Positions 52,205 through 61,000 of a stretch of 64,000 bases of DNA are shown one piece after another. The first letter of the stretch is position 1; the number at the start of each line of letters is the position of its first letter. Source of the DNA: Parcubacteria group bacterium GW2011_GWA2_43_13. Lineage in GTDB: Bacteria > Patescibacteriota > Patescibacteriia > UBA9629 > GWA2-43-13. The notes beneath the pieces were generated by a model, which ran no database searches, was not told the DNA's origin, and worked only from the letters and a program-made list of their open reading frames with translations. The stretch spans positions 1,198 through 65,197 of the forward strand of contig LCFM01000001.1 in the NCBI GenBank assembly GCA_000999025.1, given 5' to 3'. The position numbers and the translations under genes were made by a program.

Positions 52205-52595
52205 TGGAGATGGCGGGAATTTCACCCGCGTCTAAACAGTGTTTCATTTTTGGTGTGCCATCAGAGAGCATCTTTAAAATTTTGCGGAAAATGGTTAAAG
52301 ATGTTCAAAAAAACATTTCCGCTATCACCGATCAAGGGGTCAAAAGCGCCACGATGACAAGCACTTTCCAATCACCATGGTTGGCGCCAGTGATTCGCTA
52401 TGGTGACTCGCGAAGCTGACGGCATGTCACTGTTTAGGCGACAGCTGGTGCGAATGAAAAACCAGCAAAAGCTGATTTCACGCGCGCGACAAGATTCTTG
52501 GCATTTGTCGGCTTGGTTAAGAGATTAACGAGCGATCAACCACGCTCGAATGGCCAAAATATGAAACAATCTGCTTATCGAATAATACCATCCCC
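52205..52595 (-). ncRNA. ssrA: tmRNA; tag peptide AKNLVARVKSAFAGFSFAPAVA*
   Basis: 5' GGGGAUG pairs with 3' CAUCUCC-A (G3.U wobble); T-arm GCGGG-UGAAAUU-CCCGC; resume codon GCC at 52502, stop at 52434-52436; CCA not encoded; smpB nearby. Confidence 0.93.
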
Positions 52596-52640
52596 ATGTT
52601 TGTGGGCTATTCGTAAAGATTCGTGATGTATTCGTGGCGA

Positions 52641-52669
52641 AGTATAATAAAAAACAACCCTGCCGTCAA
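52641..52669 (-). promoter_or_regulatory. Putative tmRNA promoter
   Basis: TTGACG (52664-52669), 17 bp, TATACT (52641-52646). Confidence 0.7.
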
Positions 52670-52690
52670 GCCCATCGAGCAAAAAATAGG

Positions 52691-53302
52691 TTATTCCAAA
52701 CTAAACTCAACTAACTCTTTTTTTATCTTTTTCTCACTCACCTCAACCCCGGGCATAAAAACCACCTTTTCATCATATTTGACATCATCAAAATACGCTA
52801 ATTGTATTCTAAACAATTTACTGTTAAATTGTGTGCCAAATATGGATTCAGCTTGTTGTACAATCTCCTGCAACGAATGATAACCTTTCATAATAAAACG
52901 CAAATCAACATAATCCTTCCACTTTGCCCGCCGACCTAAAGCGTATGCTTTCATCGCGGCCAACGTGACTAAATTTGGCATTTTGATTATACCCTCAAAA
53001 TCTTCCGTGTATGCTATATCAAATGGATAATGATAAAACGTAACTTTTACATCCCCCACTAAAAAGGTTAATTCTCCTGATTTATCAACAATAACGTGGC
53101 TTATTTTTACAACTCGTTCAATTTTTTTCTTAAGAGCGGATGTCCTAAACTCCTTGTTTGAAAATAAATCAAAATCAATTGATTCTCTATGACCAATGTG
53201 TAAAGCGATAGCAGTACCTCCAACCAACCCATATTCTTTCCTCATGTACTTTAACAACGGCAATAATGCTACCTGTTCGTCTGTGAGTATTTCCTTATGC
53301 AT
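52691..53302 (-). CDS. AbiEii-family nucleotidyltransferase toxin (copy 2)
   Basis: LVGGTAIALHIGHRESIDFDLF, K..A...R...KDYVDL. Confidence 0.88.
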   Translation of the reverse strand: MHKEILTDEQVALLPLLKYMRKEYGLVGGTAIALHIGHRESIDFDLFSNKEFRTSALKKKIERVVKISHVIVDKSGELTFLVGDVKVTFYHYPFDIAYTEDFEGIIKMPNLVTLAAMKAYALGRRAKWKDYVDLRFIMKGYHSLQEIVQQAESIFGTQFNSKLFRIQLAYFDDVKYDEKVVFMPGVEVSEKKIKKELVEFSLE

Positions 53303-53558
53303 ATTTATTAAAATACAAGGCAAAGTAATGCTTTACTTCCGCCCGATAATTTTGCCGACCCATTTTTGAGGGTTTGGATTTTTCACGAAAAATTTTAGCA
53401 ACTTTTTTGATGCCTAAAATCTTAATTAATGTCTGCACGTCATCCCAATCCCCATAATTCAGAGTTGCCTCCACAATGGACTCTGCCTTTAGTTTATCGT
53501 AATCCTTTACCCACCAAATAAGATGTTTTCTTTCTTTAATAAAATCATGAATGGTCAT
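53295..53558 (-). CDS. Small putative antitoxin of AbiEii copy 2
   Basis: HLIWW...IVEATLNYGDWDDVQ; overlaps both neighbours. Confidence 0.7.
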   Translation of the reverse strand: MTIHDFIKERKHLIWWVKDYDKLKAESIVEATLNYGDWDDVQTLIKILGIKKVAKIFREKSKPSKMGRQNYRAEVKHYFALYFNKYA

Positions 53559-54219
53559 AGTCAAATACATCCTTTTCTAATTTTTCTGCTTCTTTCAAAA
53601 AAAATTTCTTCCAATGATTATGATTAAACGGTTGTACCATGCGCGGATAATCTTTCAATTTTTGCGCCTGAATAAACTGTGTCCCCAATTGAAGCGGGTC
53701 AATATGCCAGTCGAATTTTATCTTTGCTTTCTTCGTAATATCTGAAAGTGAAAATGGATACGTCTGCAAAATAAAAAAAAGATCAATAAAATCCCTGGCC
53801 GTTAAGCGCTGGTATATGGTAAAAAGTTTATTCACCGCTAAATCTATAATACTCTCAACCCGTATCCCCTCCTGCTGGAGAGGATTTTCAATCGGAGAAA
53901 ACGGGAAATAGGTGAATTCCATTTTGAGTATTTCACTGTTTTTAAGCGTCAAAAAATAGATATGACGGTTAAAGGTATGCTGAAAATCAATGTCAGTGAT
54001 TGCAAGTTCTTTTCGTAAAGATGTCAAAAAAACATGGATCATCTCAGGGTCAACTTCTTCTTGTGAGAACAAATCAAGATCTTCGGAAAACCGATGATGC
54101 AAATAAAACCCTGCCAAAGCGGTACCGCCGGTTAAAACAAACTGGTCATTTATATCTTTAGCTTGAGATATTTTTTTAATGACTTTTCTTTGGGATGCGG
54201 TAAGAATTTTCTTTGTCAT
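53545..54219 (-). CDS. AbiEii-family nucleotidyltransferase toxin (copy 1)
   Basis: FVLTGGTALAGFYLHHRFSEDLDLF, NKL..IYQR..ARDFIDL. Confidence 0.88.
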   Translation of the reverse strand: MTKKILTASQRKVIKKISQAKDINDQFVLTGGTALAGFYLHHRFSEDLDLFSQEEVDPEMIHVFLTSLRKELAITDIDFQHTFNRHIYFLTLKNSEILKMEFTYFPFSPIENPLQQEGIRVESIIDLAVNKLFTIYQRLTARDFIDLFFILQTYPFSLSDITKKAKIKFDWHIDPLQLGTQFIQAQKLKDYPRMVQPFNHNHWKKFFLKEAEKLEKDVFDYDHS

Positions 54220-54406
54220 GGATAAAAAGGTTAAGAAACTCCCGCCGGTGAGGATCAATGTTCAGTGTATCCCAGTACTTGCGAAGTTCTTGCATAGAGA
54301 GCTTTTCTTTGCCAATGCCAAAATTAATTAGCTGTTCAAGTCGCCATTTAGCATACTGTTTTTTACCTTTTTTCAGCGCTGTTGTATCTGTAGACCAATT
54401 GTACAT
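54176..54406 (-). CDS. Small putative antitoxin of AbiEii copy 1
   Basis: MYNWSTD...WRLEQLINFG...LNIDP..REFL; 76 aa, overlaps the toxin start. Confidence 0.7.
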   Translation of the reverse strand: MYNWSTDTTALKKGKKQYAKWRLEQLINFGIGKEKLSMQELRKYWDTLNIDPHRREFLNLFIHDKENSYRIPKKSH

Positions 54407-54463
54407 AAAATGTATTCTAAACCACCCCTATCCCCTCCTTTTAGAGGAAGGATATTTACCTGT

Positions 54464-54568
54464 ATTATAGCATAGAATTGAAATTTTAGACAATAACGTA
54501 TTATCAAAAATAGGGCTTATTTTAGCTAATCTCTGGTTGTTGACAATAATTACAAGATATGGTACTAT
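54464..54568. promoter_or_regulatory. Divergent sigma70 promoters
   Basis: Plus strand: TTGACA (54540-54545), 17 bp, TGnTACTAT (54563-54568). Minus strand: TTGTCT (54488-54493), 18 bp, TGnTATAAT (54464-54469). Confidence 0.72.
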
Positions 54569-54572
54569 GGCA

Positions 54573-55140
54573 TGTTTTCTGAAAACTGAAGTTGAGAGTT
54601 GATCAAACGTGCGGTGTAAGGCCTTGTGTCGTACATCGCGCGCTCTGATGAGCTCTTAATACATGTAAGAATAGTACAAATCACGAAAAAACTGATACAT
54701 CCAAGATATTAAGCGATTGTGAGTTGCGTGACTTGTACTTATTTTCATTCAATTGGTGGGCGACCTCACCCTAACCCTCTCCTTATAAAGGAGAGGGAAA
54801 CGAATCCCCCCTTAAGAGGGGAACGACGCGCCTCCTTCCTTGAGGAAGGTGGCACCCGCAGGGTGACGGAAGGTGTTACCACTAATTGACTTGCCCAGTC
54901 CTCGTGACTGGGGCTCACTTCATATCTGATAATACACAACCGATATTCGTATCATTTGCATGAATTTGTATATTTGCGTCGCATTTGTCAGATAAAAAGT
55001 GGGACTTTCGTGAGCGTGGGTATGTTGCCTGCGCTTAATGCGTCGTTCATCGACAACGAGTTGAGGTTACGTTGTCCCCTACCTCAACTACACTTCACAA
55101 CGCATCACGCAAGTGATGCGCTCTCGTAAGGAGCTTCAAA
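54573..55140 (+). ncRNA. Candidate long structured leader or ncRNA
   Basis: No ORF; about nine consecutive stem-loops between a near-consensus promoter and the ATG at 55141. Confidence 0.5.
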
Positions 55141-56262
55141 ATGCGTCAAAAACTGAGTTTTCAACTCTACCTCATCAAGACCGGTGACGAGAGGAAAGAC
55201 AAAGGAAACGGAACTGCGGAAGCGTTGCTCGTCGAAATCACGGACCTTGACCAAACGGGTCCGTATGAGTTGTACTGCGAGAATGGGATCATGGCCGAAG
55301 GCGACCGCGCAGCGATCCAGAAATTTCTCGAGGCGGAGGTTGCCAAGCAACCGACGGCCGAAGAAGAGCTTCTTGCCGAGACGCAAGACGAGCTCGCCAC
55401 AAGGACGAGCGAGCTACGTGCTGTCCAGGGGACGGCACGGCAGATCGCCGGCGAGCGCGACGTGGCGGTTGCCCAGCGGGATGAATCCCGCCTCGGGCAC
55501 GATCTGATCGTGAACAAGCTCGCCGAAGTCGCGAAAGCGAATGGCGAGCTCCAGGAGACGTTCGAGCAAACGTACGAGAAGCTCACCGACGCTCAGGCCG
55601 ACGTGTTGTCGGCGAAAAGCGAGCTCAGGACCGCGAACGATGCCTTGGCTTGGATGCGTGCGCGGATGACAAACTTTCTTGGCATGATCGGCCTCACGGC
55701 CAATCTCATCAACGACTCCAACGCAGATCATAACGTAACAGCAAGGATCTACGAAATCAAACAACATACGGCCTGGTACTGCGGTGTCACTGGTCTCGTC
55801 GTCGGCGGGATCATCGTCGGCGCCATCTGGCTCTTCACGACGGCGTTCGACGGCTGTGCGGGGAAACCCAACAACCAGCCGCCGACACTGTCGGTTACGC
55901 CGACAGCGACGACGGTCGAGATCGGGAAGGTCGCGACGGTGTCCTACGATGTCACCGACCCTGACGACAAGAAGCATGACGTCGAGGTTGTGACCAGTCC
56001 CAAAATCGGGAAGGTCACAGTCGACCAGGAATCGAAGACTCTGACGTACACCTCCGATGGCATCAGCCTCGGGGATGATACGTTCCAGGTCGTCGCAAAA
56101 GACAAAGAGTCCACCTCACCCGCTATTGACGTCAACGTTACCGTCAACGCCGCTCCGGCGCCCACCCCACCCGCCACGACTGGCGGCGGTGGGACGACAC
56201 CGCTGGCCGACGACTGGGATAAGGTAACGATCCCCGACGTGTCGGGGATCAAAGGACGCTAA
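55141..56262 (+). CDS. GC-rich hypothetical protein: coiled coil, TM, Ig/cadherin-like domain, Pro/Thr tail
   Basis: AAGGAG SD; TM VTGLVVGGIIVGAIWLF; NQPPTL...VTDPD...LTYT...GDDTFQVVAKD. Confidence 0.8.
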   Translation: MRQKLSFQLYLIKTGDERKDKGNGTAEALLVEITDLDQTGPYELYCENGIMAEGDRAAIQKFLEAEVAKQPTAEEELLAETQDELATRTSELRAVQGTARQIAGERDVAVAQRDESRLGHDLIVNKLAEVAKANGELQETFEQTYEKLTDAQADVLSAKSELRTANDALAWMRARMTNFLGMIGLTANLINDSNADHNVTARIYEIKQHTAWYCGVTGLVVGGIIVGAIWLFTTAFDGCAGKPNNQPPTLSVTPTATTVEIGKVATVSYDVTDPDDKKHDVEVVTSPKIGKVTVDQESKTLTYTSDGISLGDDTFQVVAKDKESTSPAIDVNVTVNAAPAPTPPATTGGGGTTPLADDWDKVTIPDVSGIKGR

Positions 56263-56328
56263 CAACCAAGGCAATGGCGTGGGGGAGGAGAAATACAACC
56301 CCACGCACTCTCTTAAGGAGTTCGACGA

Positions 56329-57315
56329 ATGAAACGAATTTTCGTTCCGCTCTTCGTGTTTGGAATCGTGAGTGCCTCCTATGGTCAAGTGGACCCGGAG
56401 GCACGGTCGCGCACGGTGGTGTTGAAACAAGAGCTCGCAAAGCAAGGTGGCGCTCTGAACAACCTCGATACGCGGCTCACCGCCGTCGAGGGAAAACCGG
56501 CGCCGAAGACGCCAAGTTCAGGGCACGACGTTACAGCGCGACAAATGGCGTTGTGGCTCGCAGAACGAGCGTTTGTGCGGGATGGCTATACACCCGAAGC
56601 CGCACAGGCCGAAGCCGCCCGTGTGATCACGGGGGGACTCGGGAAAAACGCTCGTCTCCGCGAGTTGCGCGCGTATGCCACGGCATACGCACTCCGCGAC
56701 CCATCGAAACTCATCGGCGACGTGGAGCGCAACGTAAACACAAAAATCGTCGGGTTGAAAACCGACGTCGACGCGCTTGCCGGACGCGTCGGAAAGAACG
56801 AAACGACCCTGACGGAACAGGGCACCAGCCTCGGCGTCGTCGAGACAGACTTGAAAGCCCTGAAATACGGGCTCAAGGCCACGATCAACGATGCGATCAC
56901 GGCGAAGTGCGTCGGCTATTACACGAAAGCCGACGCCGACGCCGCGGTCACGAAGGCCATCTTCGAAGCAGTTACAAAGCTACAGACAGATGGTCTCATG
57001 ACCAGTGCCAAGGAGGTTCGTGAGTTCGTCGGCGACGCTCTCGCGCCATACGCGAAGGGCGCCGAGCTCGCGGTAGTGCTCAAGCAAACCCTCGCGCTCA
57101 CGAGCGAACTGATCGGATTCGTCCCCCACGTCAAGGTAGACGTAAGGGGATCCGACGATCACTACCGCGACGCGCGAATCGGCGAGCTGACCGCCATCGA
57201 AAACGCCCTCAAGGCGGCGATGGCACCGGACAAGCCGGCGGAGGCGACGACGCCTTCCGCCGCGGACGATCACGAACACGAAGCCAACCTCGAATTCGAC
57301 TTCATCACCCAGTAG
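56329..57315 (+). CDS. GC-rich secreted coiled-coil hypothetical protein
   Basis: AAGGAG SD; signal peptide MKRIFVPLFVFGIVSASYG; heptad repeats. Confidence 0.8.
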   Translation: MKRIFVPLFVFGIVSASYGQVDPEARSRTVVLKQELAKQGGALNNLDTRLTAVEGKPAPKTPSSGHDVTARQMALWLAERAFVRDGYTPEAAQAEAARVITGGLGKNARLRELRAYATAYALRDPSKLIGDVERNVNTKIVGLKTDVDALAGRVGKNETTLTEQGTSLGVVETDLKALKYGLKATINDAITAKCVGYYTKADADAAVTKAIFEAVTKLQTDGLMTSAKEVREFVGDALAPYAKGAELAVVLKQTLALTSELIGFVPHVKVDVRGSDDHYRDARIGELTAIENALKAAMAPDKPAEATTPSAADDHEHEANLEFDFITQ

Positions 57316-57335
57316 AGACCTGGGTGTATGCTACA

Positions 57336-57397
57336 CATCGGATTGGAATGGAATCATACACAACGCTGTATTGAGACCACCAATCCGATTTTTTTAT
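57336..57397 (+). terminator. Terminator-like hairpin closing the GC-rich operon
   Basis: ATCGGATTGG...CCAATCCGAT followed by a T-run; large loop. Confidence 0.6.
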
Positions 57398-57460
57398 TTA
57401 CGAAAAACATCCCCCTACCCTCTCCTTGGCAAGGAGAGAAAAATTCTAAAATGTCTCTCC

Positions 57461-57721
57461 TTATTTCCTATAAACATCTTTGCGATGACCAATAGTGACA
57501 AACAATGCAACGCCACTCTCTATAAAAACAAAAATTACTCGATACTCTCGAGTAATACGAAAAGAAAAGGCCATGTGCTAATCTACTAATTTTTTAACAT
57601 GCAACCGCGAATCACGCCAATCGGCACAAAAAATATCTTCTTGTTTGTGGTACAATCCCTGAATATGCGCAGGAAGTTTATGAAATCTCTTACGAAATTC
57701 ATCGGCATACAGAACTTTCAT
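57461..57721 (-). pseudogene. RelE/ParE-family toxin interrupted by one in-frame TAG
   Basis: Manual translation: MKVLYADEFRKRFHKLP...DSRLHVKKLVD*HMAFSFRITREYRVIF...IGHRKDVYRK; TAG at 57578-57580; ATGA overlap with the upstream gene. Confidence 0.85.
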
Positions 57722-57948
57722 AACCTCGAAGATACTTTACCATTGTGCCAATCTTGTATACCTCGCTTAAACGATGACTTTAACGCCTGTGGTTGATCGT
57801 AATTGGCAAAAGCATCTTTAGGAAATTCTGAAGCGATCCCTTCTAACACGCGCACACTAAAATCATGCAAAGAAAGACCATATGATAAAGCTAACCCCTG
57901 CAATCGCCGAGCAGATTTAGGAGGTAATTTTATTGTTACTGTTTCCAT
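57718..57948 (-). CDS. Putative antitoxin (ribbon-helix-helix-like N-terminus)
   Basis: METVTIKLP...RGIQDWHNGKV; directly upstream of, and coupled to, the RelE-like frame. Confidence 0.72.
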   Translation of the reverse strand: METVTIKLPPKSARRLQGLALSYGLSLHDFSVRVLEGIASEFPKDAFANYDQPQALKSSFKRGIQDWHNGKVSSRL

Positions 57949-58006
57949 ACATCTTTTACTATACTACACAAATACTCCCTATGACAATAGTCGCAAGCAT
58001 TACACA

Positions 58007-58033
58007 AAAGACGCTCCACCGGAGCGTCTCTAC
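58007..58033. repeat. Family A palindrome variant
   Basis: AAAGACGCTCCaccGGAGCGTCTCTAC after the stop of the giant ORF. Confidence 0.8.
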
Positions 58034-58045
58034 AATATCATCATG

Positions 58046-61000
58046 TTACGCGGCTTTGGAAAGATGTTTTGCAAGTTCTTGTTCAACAGTATCGAACACT
58101 AATTTGCTTTTTGGATCCAGATGCTCCACTATACCGGCAAGAACGCGCCAGCTATGCCATGACTGCTGATTTAATATATTCTTATTAAGCATATCTTGGG
58201 CAGAAAGCCCTAAAATATTTCTCACCCCGATTGCCGCATTTTTCCGCAATTTCGTGTCATCAGACAGTAAATTATTTATTAAACTTTGCGCGTTACCTTT
58301 ATATTTTCCCAACGCATCAACTGAATCGATTGACGTATTCATATACTCAACCAACTCGGACTGTTTCACCGCTCCAACAACCTCTTGAAATGAGGCATCA
58401 TCATGAATAATAGTATGAGCAGAATCAAGCCACTCCGGGGTAATAATTTTTTTAGCATCGTAGGTGAAAAGTTCTGCAATGGCTTTACCGTCATCATCGG
58501 AGACGGGGCGACGCCCCGTCTCTACAACACCAGCAATGGCACTGCTGGTTTCGTGATGCGCATTTGGGATGACATCAACAGTGCCGATGTCTTTATCAGT
58601 TCCTTTGATAGGATGATCTTTGAGCCATTCGGTATAATCGTGCAGTTCGTGACCACGCGCGCCGTTGGGCAGAACGTGACGGATTGAAATAATTTTTTCA
58701 TTGCCCTTGGGGAGTTGCTCTAATACTACATCAGGTGTTTGCGGGTTGCTTGCGCCAAATTTGACGGCAATAATCTCTGGTGGTTGAGACCCCACCCCAC
58801 CCTCCCCTTGTAAAGGGGAGGGAGACGACAATTCACCATGTGAAAAACGGGCGATGTCGTGCGGATCAGTAACAGGTCGCACCCATGCGTGATGATCATG
58901 CATTGTAATATGGTTCCATGGTCCGCCTTCATCTTTAGAAAGATGCTCAAGTGTTTTTGAAATAGTTCCAACATCAGCATCTTGATGAATTGCATGGAAT
59001 GAAGTTAAAATATTTGCTTCTTCTGCGCCGATACTTCCTGATACCGGACCTGGGATATCGCCAGTTGCGCCAATGCTTTCGCGCAGGGCTTCTAATGCTT
59101 CAGACCTCACCCCGCCCTCTCCTTGGAAAGGAGAGGTGGACGATAACTCCCCTTCACCCTCTCTGACCTCAAGAAGGAGGACATGCGCGTCGGTGTTGGG
59201 TAATTGCAATTCATGGGTATGGCCATCAACAATCATGCCTTGCGGAGAAGGGACCGCAAGCGGTTCAAACCTCACCCTCCCCTCTCCTTTTAAAGGGGAG
59301 GGTAACGACGACGACACACCCTCTGTCCTCCTCTCAAGAGGGGGGATCGTCGCCCCCCTTCCTTGAGGAAGGGTTGGGGAAGGTGTTGCGTCATGCGATT
59401 TCGAAAAATCATATTCATGGGAAATATCAGACGGACGCTCAAACACAGCGCCTGCAGTATGGGTTTCAAACGGAGCATACGCGCCACGCGTTGGGTCATA
59501 TGTATATTCACCAACCGCCCATGTTCCTTGCGGTGTTTTATGCAACCAATACGCAGGATTCTCGCCAGCTCCGGCAACGCCGGTATCCAGTACACGCACC
59601 TCATGACCTGCATTATCAACATACCCATAATCGCGCGCAATCAAATGCGCCAGATTGCCACGATCTCCTGTTCCATAACGCTGTGAAAAATATGAAAACG
59701 CATCATGGTTTTGCCCGAGTTGACGATGTAACACATGCTCAACACCCTCCCCCCTGCCAACCACAGCGCTCATTGGAAGATGCCCTGCATCAGGCAAAGG
59801 AACAGGGCCATGAGGCGTGGCTCCACCACCATCTGCCGCATGCGCGACTTCGCGCAAATGAGCAACCTCACCCAACAAAAACGCTCCTATAATCGCTCCG
59901 CCAACTTTATACACTAACCTACGATTTCTATTTCTAATATCTAACACATTATTACCTTGAGCATCATACATTCCGCTTCGCGTCCGTTCTGCTTGCCGAA
60001 ACTCGGTATATTCAGCGTGAAGTGATCCGCCTGTCTGTTGAATAGTTTCAAATTTTTGAGGAATGCTTTTTTCACCTGTTCTCAATCCATCCGGCCTCAC
60101 GCGCGGAGGTTGGGCATTCGTGCTCCACAATGGTCGCTCCCATTCTACCAAAAGTTTTAAATGCATTACTTTAGTATACATTTTTTTAAACCGTTCATAT
60201 TGATGGCTAAATTCATGATGATTTTTTAAATTTTCAATATATGGCTGGGTTTCTGCAAGTACTTTCAGCATTGGCTGCAATTGGGCATCAATATTCGCAA
60301 CGTCGGAAATGGTTAATTCGTTCTCTATTTTTTGCAATGTCTTTTCGTATTCCCCCAACTTACCCGATTCAAGCGCTTTGAGCGATTGCTCAACACCTGT
60401 CTCTGGCGCATTCCTGCCTGTGCGCAATGCAAACCCCCACCTGCCATGAGGCCCGCCCCATGGCCGACCAATACCACCTGAATCAGCTAATGCTCCTCCC
60501 ATTTTCCATCCGCTGTACGCGCCTACTGCCGCCGCCCCCGCTACCCCAAAAGTGCGCAAAAACGATAATCCCAACCCAACGCCTAATGCTGTAGCGCCTG
60601 CAAACGCTTTATCACGTGGCGAAGTGTTATGCCATAAAATTCCGCGGTTGCGATCTTGCTTTGTAAATCCAAGCGGCCGAGTAGTGCGCATGCCATCCGC
60701 AACTGTGCCAAAAAATTCATGATACCCATGTTGCGCGCCCTGACTGCGCTGATCCATTGCCTCTTGATACCGTGTTTTTGCCTCATCATCCATTGAATAA
60801 TACAATGCAAATCGCATGGCGCGGGATTGAATATCTTCTGCAGATAATCGTTGCGCCTCTTCTAATGCGTTATTTTCAGCAGTCAGCGCGCCTAAAAACC
60901 GATTATAATATTCATCAACTCCTAACGGGTCTTGAATCCCCTGCTCTGCTCTGATACGATTGCGGTTTGTGTTTTCAACATAATTGGCAATAGAAAATGA

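Noticed and set aside
51930-52419. Plus-strand ORFs of 98-150 aa
   Set aside because: Antisense to tmRNA and its structured trailer; no protein features.
55105-57279. Many overlapping alternative ORFs in the GC-rich block
   Set aside because: Expected from stop-codon scarcity at high GC; only 55141-56262 and 56329-57315 have an SD and coherent architecture.
57578-57580. Stop-codon reassignment
   Set aside because: TAG, TGA and TAA all end conserved genes at expected positions; one internal TAG is better explained as a nonsense mutation.
52205-58046. Prophage or integrative element at tmRNA
   Set aside because: No integrase, no duplicated tmRNA 3' end and no phage genes; the accessory block lies on the 5' side of the gene.
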